Virus record (IMG/VR): IMGVR_UViG_3300036768_001133
Span: 1-64,000 of that record
From: a virus
DNA length: 64,000 nucleotides
Direction: 5' to 3' (one strand)
The position numbers and the translations under genes were made by a program. Positions 48,701 through 59,302 of the stretch are shown here, in pieces (within the stretch, counting starts at the first letter, position 1; every line of letters starts with the position of its first letter). Below the pieces are notes generated by a model that had not been told where the DNA came from, ran no database searches, and was given only the letters and a program-made list of their open reading frames with translations.

Positions 48701-51700
48701 ACTATGATTGATATACACTACATTAAAATTAGCATTCTGTAATAACTTGTTAAACATTTCTAACATAGTAGTTTTCCCTACTCCTGCAACAGCGTGTATA
48801 GTATTAAGATATGTTCCTGGGATTTGTTTTGCTTTATTATTTTCTTCTAAAAGTTTTTCATACAAAATTTTTTCTGCTTCTTCTATTTCTACTACAGAAT
48901 ATATGCTATTACCTGAACTATCTTTGGTTTCTGTAATCTTTAATCTATTTTGCAATAGGATATGAGCAAATTTTTCATACAATACCATTATTTGTTCTAA
49001 TGTAGGTACTATATTAGTATCTTTGATACTACCCATAAGGTAGTTGTAAAAAGTATCGATAGGTAATACAAGAAACGGAGTTAGTACAATAGATTGGTTT
49101 TGGTTAATAGTGTTTATACTATCTTCTGTACTATACTTTTGTATTACATTGTTTTGTATTTCTAATAATGTATCAGTAGGACTATTAAGGTTAGATATAT
49201 TATATCCATCAGGTAATATATCTAATGACATCATTTTTTCTGCTATATTTTTTACTGCCATTACATAGTTATTACGTATCTTTAACAATCTCACATCTGT
49301 TGTAGATTGTATTAAGTATTTTACTACTTTTAGTTCTTTTATTAGTTCATATTCATCTTCACTATTGCTAATAACTGCACGTACATCTTTTACTTCTTGG
49401 GGATATTTATTAAAGAAATCTGCTCTATCTTCTAATATATTGATGTACTTCTTTTCTATGGTCGTAGCCAAATCTTTTTGTGAAAGAATGCTTTGAGATA
49501 TATCTATAAATTCAGAAAACTGAATAATAGTATCTATCTCTTTTATAATTTTACTTGCTTCTTCTACATCTAACTTTTGTCCATTTTGTAAGTTTTTGTA
49601 TATTTCTGTATAGAATTGCCTAAAAGGTTTATTTTTATACTTTTCTAAATATTCGTTTCCTAATAGATTTTTTGTCAATAGTTTAAGAATATAATCTTCT
49701 TTACCAAAATAATTAGGTTGTATATCAATGTTTTTTAGCTCATCTGATAAAGATTGAACTTTCTGTATTTCGTTTCTAATTTTTTCTTTTTGCTCATCAT
49801 AATTTTGCAATAACTTATACCAAGTAGTTTTTGAAATATCAACATTACTTATTTGACCGTCTATTATCTCTTCACCTTGTAATATTTGATAAAAAACAGA
49901 AATAGTATTGTTATCACCAAGATTTCTATAAGAAATGTCAAAACCACCTCCAGGAAAATCTATAATAATTAAATCATCTTGTTCTATTGTTACATCTCCA
50001 ATCTTTAATTCAGGATTGCTTAAAAAGCTAATTGCAACATCAATATTCTGTTTAATAACATCATTATCAATATTATCTTTGGCAGTTTCAAATAAAAGTT
50101 TTAAGTTTTCTGTAAGGTTTTCTTTTACATTCCCTTCAAATATTCTATTCTTTTCTTTGTTTACATTTTCTAATACTCTATTATTTTCTAATACTATATT
50201 ATTTAGATTTTGAATTGATGTATCTAATACAGACTTTAATCTAACATCTATTAGACCATCTTTTCTTTTATCTAATATATCCTTGATAGAAATTGCAATA
50301 TCCTGTACTTGTGTTTTATTTACTATATCATTATATTCTTGCTCTATGCTATTATACTCATCTGAAATAAACCTACCATATTCGGATAAAAAATTACTTA
50401 TATTAGACTTGTTTTCTTTTGCATATTGTATTGTATCTACAAGAATATTAACTATATTTGCTATGTTAATATCACTATCTATATCCAAAGAAAATCTTTC
50501 TGATAATAGCTTAAAAATATAACTGCTATCTTTATGTCTTGCTAAATCCATTAACATATCTATAATAGCAGATTTAGCCTTCATATCCTTCATTTCTTCT
50601 TCCAACACAAACTTATTTAAATTCCTACGCATTTGTAATTTAGCTAATAGCTTACCACCATTAGATAAACTATTATACTTAATATCCCTACCAGTATAAT
50701 GGAACATATGATTGTTTATCTCATTACCTTCTTCGCCCAAATCCCTTACATCATATCTATATGTAGATTTTTTACTTTTTACAATAAAATAATCTCCCTC
50801 TAATGTACCATTTACAAATAATACACTCTCCCTTGTCTTGTCTGTTTTTGGATAACTAAACCCATAATCCTCCAATATATCTGCTATCCTATTAGCAAAT
50901 TTATCTCTTTCTACCTCTCTTTTGCCAAAAGATATGCTATTTATATCACTTTCTACTTCCCTATCTATATTTTCAAATTTATCATTTAATACATTCTTGT
51001 ATTCTCCTATCAAATTGTTAGCTTCTTTTTCTAATAATAATTTTTTCTCTTCTTCTCTTTTTTCTTTCTCTTCTGCTGTTTCTGCTACAGCTGTTGTTTC
51101 TGCTTCTTTTGTTTCTGCTTCTTTTGTTTCTGCTACTTTTGTTTCTGCTTCTTTCTTTTTTCTTTCTAACTCCCTTAATAACTTATTCTTTACTAATCCT
51201 TCTACATTACTATCTACATTAGATAAATCTAACTTTAATACTATATCCTTTAAATTCTGCAATCCATTTTCAAACTCTTCTCTACTAATACGCCCTTCTA
51301 CAAAATCATTTTTTATGCTTTCTGCTTCCTTTGCTAAAAACTCTTTTTTCTCCAACAACTCTTCTGTTTTATGTTTCTTTATAGCTTCTATAAAACTACT
51401 TTTACCACTATCACTTATATTTAAATCATTTATCTTTCCATTGTTTTTCGCTCTCTCTATATTGCTATAAAGTACCCTATTATACATATCATCATTTAAA
51501 TCTCCTTTACTAAATATTACTTCATTAGCAAATACGTGTTTGCTCGCATCATACTTTACAAATCCTGATTTTTCATAATCCCTGTTATCACTATCTATAT
51601 CTATATCAATAGCTTTCCCTGCATCTTTTCTATCTATCTCTTTTACCCATAAATTCCCTTCCTTATCTTTTACTATCGGTCTTGCTAATGTCTTACCACT

Positions 51701-54421
51701 CCCTATGCTATCCAAAGCATAATTCTCTGCAAGTGAAAACTCATCTAAATAACCCTTTACTAATCCTTGTCTAATCTTTCTAATATCTTCTCCTAATTGC
51801 TCATTGCCACTAAAATTAGCAATTAGCTTTTCTACATCTTTATTTTTTCCTCCATAAAACAAACCATCTTTTTTATTTTTCTGCCTTTCTATATGCTCAT
51901 TTACTAACTTCTGCTCAATAGCATCTATTTCTGCTAATGCACTCTTATACACAAAATCATTTGCAGTCATCTTTTTATCCCCCTCTTTTATTACATTTCC
52001 ATACACATCTGTTGTCGTTGAAGCTAATTTCCCCTCTTTCCAAGAACCCTGCAAAGATTGTAATAACTCATCTTTCTTGCCCAAAGCTATATAGCTTGCC
52101 GCCATCTCTGAAAAATCATCAAAAGTAGTTTTACTTAAAGCCCTTTGTGTGTTGTTAAAAAATCTATTCCGTACAGTATTAGGTATTCCTAATGCTCCTG
52201 TACTTAATGTTGAAAGTACAAATGTTGAAGCAAGCTCATCAAAATTTATATCATCATCTAACTCTTTCTTCCCCTCATCTTTAATAAACATATTGTAAAA
52301 CTTGTTACTTAACTTAAAACCCAATTCTTCTGAACTTTCCTGTATCCCCTCTCCAATAGCTTGTGGTGCTTTTTGTAAAGTATTTACAAGTCCTTTTGTG
52401 TATTTACTGATAATATTAGTTTTTAATAATTCTTTTTCTGCTTCTGTCTTTACATTCTGCATACCACTTAAATACTCATCTGCCATTGAACGCATAATAT
52501 TATCATATTTCTTTTTTAATACTTTATTACCTGAAAGTAATTTTTCACTTATATCTCCTCCTATTAACCGCATTGTACCCCTTGTTACCAAGGAATACAT
52601 TGTCCCTAATGTATGAGCATCTTCATCTGAATGTCCATTTGTCATTGCTTCATTATATCCTTGCATATACGACATCTGTCCAAATAATAATCCTGATGAT
52701 ACAGCATAAGGATTTGTACCATATACACCTTTTACTACTGAACCTACACCTTTTGCAAAAGAATTATTTGTTATTCCTCTAATAATAGAATTATTTAATA
52801 CGGGATTAGTTAATAGTTTTAATCCTTTAATACCTAAGTTTATTGCTTTTCCTGCTAACCCTACTACGGGAATAGAAACTAATTGCTGACCTAATATTTC
52901 TGTTACACCACCAAGTAGTTTAGAAAGTGAAAAATCCCCTGAACTATCTTTATAGATAGCGCTAAATCCTGTACTTAAATCACGACTAAAATCTGTACCT
53001 GCCTTTGATAAAAACTCATCATAGTAAGGTCTATCTCTCTTAGGATTGTAAAAACCCAAAGATAACATACTTGCCGTAGTAGTAAATGGATTTTCTCTGA
53101 ATTGTTTAATAACATCAAGAGATGAAGCTATACCTGCTACTGCTCTATCTCCTATGTATTCCCAAAATCCCTTTTCTAAATCAGGTCTTGCACCTTGTAC
53201 TTTCAAAGTCAATGCTCCATCTTCTTTCCTACGCTTTTCTACCTGACCAATAGTAGTAACCATAGGCATACCTTCACCATATCTATTTGTATAAGGATTG
53301 TAAGGATTTAACCCTAACTTAGCTAAAAAAGCCTGACCTTTCTTATACAATGTATCCCCCTCTTCCTTTTCTATTAAACTCTTAATGTTTTCATCTTTGC
53401 TTGCATAAGCCATTAGTACATCTATATTCCTTGCATTTGTAGTTATCTTTTCTTCTTCTTCTTCTTCTTCTTCTGTATATGATGAAAAAATCCAAGTAGG
53501 TACTTTTTCTATATATGATGAAAAAATCCCAGTAGGTACTTTGTTTGTCAATTCAAAGAATAATTCTACCGATTTATCTAATGCTTTATTTTCACTTACT
53601 CCAAATTTTTTATACAAATCTTCATCTTTCCCTAAACTATCTAATGAATAATTGCCATCTAAATTGTTAATATAAGAATAACCTCTATCTAATTGCTTTA
53701 AGGCTTCTTGTATATCTTTCGTAAGTGTAGCATCAGGAACGTTTCTTAACTCAACAGGTAAAGGCGAGTATTCTGCATCTTTTGGTAACATAGAGCCTAA
53801 ATAATCTGCAACATTTTCTCCCTGCAAAGATATTTTCCCTAATTCATTATCTAAATTGATAGTCAATTTTAAGTCTTTAGCTGTTCTTGGGTTATAGTCA
53901 TATACAATAAAACCTTGATTATTATTAAACAAATTAAAAATGTTTCCTACATTTTTTAAGGCTGATAGCTCTTTATCTTCTTCTTCTTCTCCTGTTTTAG
54001 TTTCTATTTTAGCTCCTTTTTGAAGTTTAGGAATATCATTTCCCTGGTTTTCCTCTTTCAGCTCATCATCTTGTCTTAATAATCTTTCTTTTTCTAACTC
54101 TTCTAATAACAATTCTTCCAAAGTAATAGGTCTTACATCATATTCTCCTATATGCTTTAAGAAATTTTTGTATTTACTTAATTTGTTTTGTACTTCCTTT
54201 TCAGACAATCCCCTGTCTAATAATGTATTTTTTACACTATCTTCATCATATTCTACTCTATTCCAATTTAACAAAGGATAAGATTTTGTGCTAATGACAA
54301 AGTCAATAGCATCTTGTTTGTCTAAATTGTCGTAATCAATCTTTTCTAAAAACTTATTAAAATCAAAATGTAAGTCTTTATCACGTATAAAAAGCACTTG
54401 GGGGTCTATATCTCTAAACAT
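45773..54421 (-). CDS. Giant virion/cargo protein with SF1 helicase-like domain
   Basis: AVAGVGKTT, IVDEY, LVGDRHQ, QGQE, LYVALSRGK; Gly/Ala-rich N-terminal region with EGIQESSEE; 2882 aa. Confidence 0.8.
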   Translation of the reverse strand: MFRDIDPQVLFIRDKDLHFDFNKFLEKIDYDNLDKQDAIDFVISTKSYPLLNWNRVEYDEDSVKNTLLDRGLSEKEVQNKLSKYKNFLKHIGEYDVRPITLEELLLEELEKERLLRQDDELKEENQGNDIPKLQKGAKIETKTGEEEEDKELSALKNVGNIFNLFNNNQGFIVYDYNPRTAKDLKLTINLDNELGKISLQGENVADYLGSMLPKDAEYSPLPVELRNVPDATLTKDIQEALKQLDRGYSYINNLDGNYSLDSLGKDEDLYKKFGVSENKALDKSVELFFELTNKVPTGIFSSYIEKVPTWIFSSYTEEEEEEEEKITTNARNIDVLMAYASKDENIKSLIEKEEGDTLYKKGQAFLAKLGLNPYNPYTNRYGEGMPMVTTIGQVEKRRKEDGALTLKVQGARPDLEKGFWEYIGDRAVAGIASSLDVIKQFRENPFTTTASMLSLGFYNPKRDRPYYDEFLSKAGTDFSRDLSTGFSAIYKDSSGDFSLSKLLGGVTEILGQQLVSIPVVGLAGKAINLGIKGLKLLTNPVLNNSIIRGITNNSFAKGVGSVVKGVYGTNPYAVSSGLLFGQMSYMQGYNEAMTNGHSDEDAHTLGTMYSLVTRGTMRLIGGDISEKLLSGNKVLKKKYDNIMRSMADEYLSGMQNVKTEAEKELLKTNIISKYTKGLVNTLQKAPQAIGEGIQESSEELGFKLSNKFYNMFIKDEGKKELDDDINFDELASTFVLSTLSTGALGIPNTVRNRFFNNTQRALSKTTFDDFSEMAASYIALGKKDELLQSLQGSWKEGKLASTTTDVYGNVIKEGDKKMTANDFVYKSALAEIDAIEQKLVNEHIERQKNKKDGLFYGGKNKDVEKLIANFSGNEQLGEDIRKIRQGLVKGYLDEFSLAENYALDSIGSGKTLARPIVKDKEGNLWVKEIDRKDAGKAIDIDIDSDNRDYEKSGFVKYDASKHVFANEVIFSKGDLNDDMYNRVLYSNIERAKNNGKINDLNISDSGKSSFIEAIKKHKTEELLEKKEFLAKEAESIKNDFVEGRISREEFENGLQNLKDIVLKLDLSNVDSNVEGLVKNKLLRELERKKKEAETKVAETKEAETKEAETTAVAETAEEKEKREEEKKLLLEKEANNLIGEYKNVLNDKFENIDREVESDINSISFGKREVERDKFANRIADILEDYGFSYPKTDKTRESVLFVNGTLEGDYFIVKSKKSTYRYDVRDLGEEGNEINNHMFHYTGRDIKYNSLSNGGKLLAKLQMRRNLNKFVLEEEMKDMKAKSAIIDMLMDLARHKDSSYIFKLLSERFSLDIDSDINIANIVNILVDTIQYAKENKSNISNFLSEYGRFISDEYNSIEQEYNDIVNKTQVQDIAISIKDILDKRKDGLIDVRLKSVLDTSIQNLNNIVLENNRVLENVNKEKNRIFEGNVKENLTENLKLLFETAKDNIDNDVIKQNIDVAISFLSNPELKIGDVTIEQDDLIIIDFPGGGFDISYRNLGDNNTISVFYQILQGEEIIDGQISNVDISKTTWYKLLQNYDEQKEKIRNEIQKVQSLSDELKNIDIQPNYFGKEDYILKLLTKNLLGNEYLEKYKNKPFRQFYTEIYKNLQNGQKLDVEEASKIIKEIDTIIQFSEFIDISQSILSQKDLATTIEKKYINILEDRADFFNKYPQEVKDVRAVISNSEDEYELIKELKVVKYLIQSTTDVRLLKIRNNYVMAVKNIAEKMMSLDILPDGYNISNLNSPTDTLLEIQNNVIQKYSTEDSINTINQNQSIVLTPFLVLPIDTFYNYLMGSIKDTNIVPTLEQIMVLYEKFAHILLQNRLKITETKDSSGNSIYSVVEIEEAEKILYEKLLEENNKAKQIPGTYLNTIHAVAGVGKTTMLEMFNKLLQNANFNVVYINHSNNNKVLAGAETISPYKGANSLQYNEPNYQGLDTNKENTIYIVDEYTLASENWLNKPNFVLVGDRHQFYREQEIANSTSIFNIKSDLIEGNFSVNVPLRFENEVIANFLERVLAVLKLDNININNFFDGLNLKSHLNVNSDIVHQGIVFLNNQEFNASKEQYGQIVYHHKTSGNDQQAFTYYSFDEILNAVYPNQGQERQSVIIDIKALMQAINVINNLQSGVNKVYTKKIQDVDVDFTAEQIKSALYVALSRGKHSIIVVNSDFTGQEDYVKSVDSIIDNLKKNVKEVDKEGIVIFPSLEKNKMQEELSLEFGKLQSSNISIEKKERNGEIKVVTAVDKKARNKKARNKKAKTAVDKKAKTAKSTTQGGKTEEELNENEIRDIEKNLIKEIYNFIFSKVKAGTITRDKDNINYVTIDGKLRQIYVGDIALGDFDIHYRVYEDLKQLEEGEEKKADDDENNLLTAISDAFDRYFYGSTYEGVFEYVNEASTGLTFKLDNDAYNSFISSLEEGNNVSITLEPIKEGNTFKVFGTGRNEFYAINIKYEGKLIGLVRLSKNRNENNSIFDKFIDNGKIIDIQYEVSPDDRFFGRYVASTGNITTLKDYVQSSASYPYLSVNGYLYVPQFIDIKTKLNYNREIKNKKYEKASNILKEAVKNRKAVLVQMKAKNIDQLSDENKGKVISAFKYIKQIPIIDKQLNEYERQLLAKFFGAGRIGLSGNEVIKIITSDGLKNRLSMENTLENIFIKDILEKNKDSGFNKFLVDLLKETEEEEEEVDKRAKKIMSKTARSLARRYVNILKKMKQDDTVSYENVYGAISIINKENHILGNDLLSVLKSVSENTIFNIYANHLKYINLYISENNKRKIEDVKSNELIYEVIAGFSFDNVKAMNNTENQIIEGVSIFDTFETDKPTDIKINISIKESNLDNVCKTSKAGEKENVTATKTGTRTETAIETGKETETETETGTIEKEDLPF

Positions 54422-54442
54422 ATCGTTGTATTTGTCTAATTT

Positions 54443-56752
54443 TTATTTTAACCCACTTTGTATTTTACTATTATAGGGTGTATGAAATTTTATTTGATCA
54501 CCATCTAAATTATTGTGCATGGTTGTATTTTCAAAATCTGTTCCTTTACCTTGGGCTTTATTACGTAACTTATCTACAAAACGTTCGTTATCGTTAATGC
54601 TTGATGTTTCCTTTTTAGCCTTTACGTTAGTAATGTTGTATTGAGTTGTGCTATTAGCTACTGCCTCAAAAAGTTTTGCATCTTTTAAATTTATACTTTT
54701 TGTTTCTCCGTTTCTGTACGTAACATTTACAATGTAATTATTTCCATTAGCATCAGGTATAGCAGTAATAGTAGGAATAGATACCACTCCACTTTTAGTA
54801 GATATTGATGTTAAATTAGCACTTTGTACATCTGATATTGATACAACTTGTCCTTGTGGAAAACTATTTGGGTCTATTTTTACTCTTTCACCATTTTCTA
54901 ATATAGCATATACCGTTCCTACGTTTTTACCAGGGACAAATCCTGAATAAGTTTTATCTCCTTCTTTTTTCTTATACAATCCATCTCTTATTCTATCTAC
55001 AAGTATTCCACTTAACCCTTCCTCTTTTCTATACACAGATACACTACCTTCTCCTTGTTTTGCATTGTCATCTATATCTGCTGAAGTTATACCAAAAAAT
55101 GAAGTAGCTTCTTGCACAGACATAGCTTTCTTGTCTTCTTCTTCATATCTTGTACCTGCTCCTGTCAAAATATTATAGGCTACTGAATTAAACAAGGAAT
55201 CTTCTTGTCTTGAACCACCACCACCACCTACACGTTCTAAATTAAGTGTTTCTATGTATTTATATTGTAGCTTGTCTATAAGCTCTGTCTTTTGAGCTCT
55301 AAATACGTCCATAGTATTTGTAAAGATATTTGTTCCTACAAATACGTCCATAGCTTCTAAACTACTGCCAATGTTTTGTACTACTGCATTAAATAATTCA
55401 GGTTTCTTTAAGCTATACAAAGCTCTTAAAAAAGGTGATGAAGCAATATGATTGATAGCATAATTAGGGTCTTTCCTTAAAGCTCTAATTGCATATTGCA
55501 AACGCAAAGGGTCTTCTTGGGCTAATAAATTAGCTAATCCTTCTGCATATTGTTTAGGTACATTTTTAGAAATTAAATCAATAGCATTTTTAATATTATT
55601 AAACTTAAATACATCACTTTTGTCTTTATTTTTTACTATTCCCTCATAATAAGCCTTTTGTTGTAATAATCCTTCATCATTAGGGTTATTTGCTAATTTA
55701 TTTTTAATAACTTCAAGTTGTTTTTGTGCTTGTGTTATATCTTCTTCCTTTTTTAATTTCATTCCTTCTGCAAGCTTAATATATTCATTCATATCGCTGG
55801 CTACTAAACGCTTTGCCTTTTGTAAGTTAGTCTTAAAAGAATTTACTACACTTTCATTAGACATAGAAAGCAAATCTCTTTCCATATCTTCTAAACTATT
55901 AGCATTTTGAAAAGCAGTTAATATTTTTGCTTTTACTTCTGTCATCTGCCTCAAATTATTCTCTAAATGAAAATCATAGCCTTGTCTTGTATGTATAATA
56001 GGCGTTGCTTCAAAAAAGGTAGCTCCTATTATATAACCTCCTTCTTCACGTCCTCTTGCTTTTGTATCGCTTTTTGTATTAGTTACTTTATCTAAATAAT
56101 CGTAAAAAGACTTTTGGTCTGCTACGGTAAATGAAGTATTATTAGCCAAAGATACTCCATTTACATTGTCAGCTCTGGATATAGAACCATACAAAGGGTC
56201 TCTGTAAAATTCTGTTTGTGTATAGTACTTTACTACTTGTCCATTTGTAATAGGCATAGGAATACCTGTAGGGTCTAAGGCATAGCTATCTGATGTTTTG
56301 ATAAGCTCTGTACCTGTTTTTTCAAAGTTTCTTTTATTGTCTATTGCTCTTTGTAATACTGCATTATGAACAAACTCGTTTATTTTATGATTAAGATTGA
56401 TAAAGTTTTGGTCAAAGTTTGCATAAGGATTAAATACTGCTATTTGTGTAGCTTCTCTTACTAAATTGTCAAATTGACTTAAAATAGCTTCTTTTTCAGC
56501 AGGCAGTAAGTCTTTATCTAACTTTTCTCTTAATTTACCAAAATCTAAATTAGGTTTAGGAATAGTAGGTTCTTTTAATAATTCTAATTCACTTTCTAAA
56601 TCATAAGGCATATAAGGCAAAGGAACATAGTCTATTGCGTAATAGTTCATAGGGTTCCTTGGGTCATCTATGGTAGTACCATAAGGAAAATATAAACCCC
56701 CTAAATCAAATTTTGGTATAGGTTTATTATTTACATATTTTTTGTAAGACAT
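54443..56752 (-). CDS. Putative cargo/ejection protein
   Basis: 769 aa; N-terminal KFDLGG; position upstream of the giant proteins. Confidence 0.6.
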   Translation of the reverse strand: MSYKKYVNNKPIPKFDLGGLYFPYGTTIDDPRNPMNYYAIDYVPLPYMPYDLESELELLKEPTIPKPNLDFGKLREKLDKDLLPAEKEAILSQFDNLVREATQIAVFNPYANFDQNFINLNHKINEFVHNAVLQRAIDNKRNFEKTGTELIKTSDSYALDPTGIPMPITNGQVVKYYTQTEFYRDPLYGSISRADNVNGVSLANNTSFTVADQKSFYDYLDKVTNTKSDTKARGREEGGYIIGATFFEATPIIHTRQGYDFHLENNLRQMTEVKAKILTAFQNANSLEDMERDLLSMSNESVVNSFKTNLQKAKRLVASDMNEYIKLAEGMKLKKEEDITQAQKQLEVIKNKLANNPNDEGLLQQKAYYEGIVKNKDKSDVFKFNNIKNAIDLISKNVPKQYAEGLANLLAQEDPLRLQYAIRALRKDPNYAINHIASSPFLRALYSLKKPELFNAVVQNIGSSLEAMDVFVGTNIFTNTMDVFRAQKTELIDKLQYKYIETLNLERVGGGGGSRQEDSLFNSVAYNILTGAGTRYEEEDKKAMSVQEATSFFGITSADIDDNAKQGEGSVSVYRKEEGLSGILVDRIRDGLYKKKEGDKTYSGFVPGKNVGTVYAILENGERVKIDPNSFPQGQVVSISDVQSANLTSISTKSGVVSIPTITAIPDANGNNYIVNVTYRNGETKSINLKDAKLFEAVANSTTQYNITNVKAKKETSSINDNERFVDKLRNKAQGKGTDFENTTMHNNLDGDQIKFHTPYNSKIQSGLK

Positions 56753-56757
56753 ACTAT

Positions 56758-59205
56758 TTACATTTTTAAGAATGTGCTTCTTGCTACATCTGTAGCACGT
56801 CTAATGCTATCATAAATGTTTTGCCTGAACTGATTGTCCTGGGATATCGTTAAAACATCTGCCTTTTGCAAATTTGCGATAAGCCTATCTAAATAACTAT
56901 TATTGATAACAACATTATTTCCTTTACTTTTCTTACTGCTTTGCTCTTTATCTTGTAAAAGTTTCATCAATTGCATTACCTCTCTATACTCATTGTCTAT
57001 ATCCATTTTCCCTGAACCCTGATATACTTTATTATTATTATATCCAAATAGGTAAGGATATAGCATTTGCAAATTAGGGTTTGTATTACTATTAGAAAAT
57101 ATATTGTTATTAGAGGTAGTATTTTGATTAGATATAATAGAAGGTGTTTGTATTCTACTATTTCCTGAAAATAAATTAACCCCTATATTATAGTTGTCTG
57201 TTGCTATGCTATTATACCTTTGTTGATTGTTATTACTATATTGTGTGTTTTGATTATTAGATAATACACTATTATTTGTAGTTGTATTATTTGTATTATT
57301 TTGTTCATTTATAGTACCACTTTCCAAAGTAAGTGTATTATCATTGCTTTCTTCAATACTATATGGTAAATAACCTTTGTTACGTCTAAATGCTCCTAAA
57401 AATCCTTTACCTCCATAATTCATTACATCATTAACAAGATTAGCATATTCTTTACCTACTCCCGTATCAAAATCTTTTTCCCATTCTGCAAGCATCTTTT
57501 GTTGCTCTTCTGCACTTGTCTTTACATAATTTCCATTATTATCTTTCTTGTAAAAAAATTCAGGGTGAGAGGCTTTCATTTGCTCTAAATAGTCTTTCTT
57601 TGCTCCACGATAAACCCGCATAGAATCATATACCTGCTTACTATGCAAACGTCTATTCTGTAAATTTTCACTTAATATATTATTTAATTTTTGCAAATTT
57701 TGTTGTTGCATCATAGATGCTTTTAATGCCGCATTTTTCAAATTCTCTTTTGCTTCATCATACATCTCTTTATTTTGTTGTCTTTTATACAATTGATTTT
57801 GTATATCTATATCCTTTAATTGCTGAAACTCTCTGTTATAGTAATCATTCTTAAACCTATTTTCTTCTTCTGTCATTAACTTTTGCTTTGCTTCTACTCC
57901 ATTACCAATCATATTTTGTGCTGAAGACAATAAACTCTGCAAGTTTCCTGTTGCTCCTTTAACTACTCTTAATCCCTTGTCTATATTTTCATCTATCGTT
58001 CTCTTTTCATTTTCTAATGTACTTTTCTCTGCTGGTTTTACATTTACTTGCAAAGGGTCATCAGGTCTTCTTAACTTCTGTAATTTTCTAAAAGCATCAT
58101 TGCCTAATAACCTTGCCCTCACTAAATCTACACCACTTAATAACCCTTGCAAAGCATTGTATTGCTTTTGCAATTGATAAGGTGTATAAGGCAATTTTTG
58201 CTTTGTTAATGTAGGCTCAACAGGTTTTTCTTCAATAGGTGTTTCTACCTTTGTTTCTTTAATAGGCTCTTTAATAGGTTCTTTAATAGGTTCAGGTTCA
58301 GGTTTAGGTTCAGGTTTAGGTTCAGGTTCGGGTTCAGGTTTAACTTCTATTGGTTCAATAGGCTCATACGAGGCAAACTTCATTCTCCTATCATTCTCAC
58401 TTAACGCTGTAAGTCTCCCATCTTTACTATGTGTATTTCGCCCACCCATATCTAAAAACTCATACTTATCCTTATTACTATTTATCAAAGCATTATATAA
58501 ATCATACCCTTTTGAATGGTCTCCTTTCCCTAACTTATCAAATAACTTATACCTATCTTCATCATCAAGCATACCTCCTACCGATACCTCTATCAATTGA
58601 TTGTCCATATCAGGAAAGCTACGCTTCATAGCTTTTGCATAAGACATAGCAACAGGATTGTCCTTAAAAACAAAATCATAATCTCCAAAATCAATAGATT
58701 TACTAAAATCTATTTTTGTTGGGTCTATACCTTTTGCTCTATAATACAATCTATCCGTAGGTTCTTGTATTAAAGGTGTTTCTACTAAATCTCTATATTT
58801 ACTTCTTGTTGTTTCAAACAATGTTTGTGCTTGTGGCTCTTTTAACTTTTTAGATTGTTGTGCCTTGCTTATCTCCGCTAATAAATCCGCATTAGGTTGC
58901 ATTTTCTTATCTAAATTCTGATTTAATAAGTTTAATAATCCTCCTGCTCCTTGTGTCAATCCCGTAAGAATTGCATTTGTTGTAGGGTCTTCTATCTTAT
59001 CTACAAAAGGTTTTGCAATACTTCCTAATCCAGATCCAGGGGTTACAGAACCTTGTTGCTGATTGTTACCTAATAAAACCCCTAATAAGTTTGTTATACC
59101 TGACATATTTCCACCACCCATACTACTTAACAATCCTGTAATAGACCCTCCACTTAAGTACGTAGGTTTTCTTAAATAAGTAGAAAATTTTGATTTCTTT
59201 TTCAT
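56758..59205 (-). CDS. Putative cargo/ejection protein
   Basis: 815 aa; Gly-rich N-terminus, Pro-Glu linker, coiled coil, Asn-rich tract. Confidence 0.6.
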   Translation of the reverse strand: MKKKSKFSTYLRKPTYLSGGSITGLLSSMGGGNMSGITNLLGVLLGNNQQQGSVTPGSGLGSIAKPFVDKIEDPTTNAILTGLTQGAGGLLNLLNQNLDKKMQPNADLLAEISKAQQSKKLKEPQAQTLFETTRSKYRDLVETPLIQEPTDRLYYRAKGIDPTKIDFSKSIDFGDYDFVFKDNPVAMSYAKAMKRSFPDMDNQLIEVSVGGMLDDEDRYKLFDKLGKGDHSKGYDLYNALINSNKDKYEFLDMGGRNTHSKDGRLTALSENDRRMKFASYEPIEPIEVKPEPEPEPKPEPKPEPEPIKEPIKEPIKETKVETPIEEKPVEPTLTKQKLPYTPYQLQKQYNALQGLLSGVDLVRARLLGNDAFRKLQKLRRPDDPLQVNVKPAEKSTLENEKRTIDENIDKGLRVVKGATGNLQSLLSSAQNMIGNGVEAKQKLMTEEENRFKNDYYNREFQQLKDIDIQNQLYKRQQNKEMYDEAKENLKNAALKASMMQQQNLQKLNNILSENLQNRRLHSKQVYDSMRVYRGAKKDYLEQMKASHPEFFYKKDNNGNYVKTSAEEQQKMLAEWEKDFDTGVGKEYANLVNDVMNYGGKGFLGAFRRNKGYLPYSIEESNDNTLTLESGTINEQNNTNNTTTNNSVLSNNQNTQYSNNNQQRYNSIATDNYNIGVNLFSGNSRIQTPSIISNQNTTSNNNIFSNSNTNPNLQMLYPYLFGYNNNKVYQGSGKMDIDNEYREVMQLMKLLQDKEQSSKKSKGNNVVINNSYLDRLIANLQKADVLTISQDNQFRQNIYDSIRRATDVARSTFLKM

Positions 59206-59221
59206 AATATTTCTTGTTTAG

Positions 59222-59295
59222 TTCCCCCAGCAGGACTTGAACCTACAACCTTCTGATTATGAGTCAGATGCTCTAACCAATTGAGCTATGGGGGA
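59222..59295 (-). tRNA. tRNA with CAT anticodon, most likely tRNA-Ile2 (lysidine type); CCA not encoded
   Basis: TCCCCCATAGCTCAATTGGTTAGAGCATCTGACTCATAATCAGAAGGTTGTAGGTTCAAGTCCTGCTGGGGGAA; full cloverleaf; C4:G69 and C5:G68. Confidence 0.9.
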
Positions 59296-59302
59296 TTAGC
59301 TT

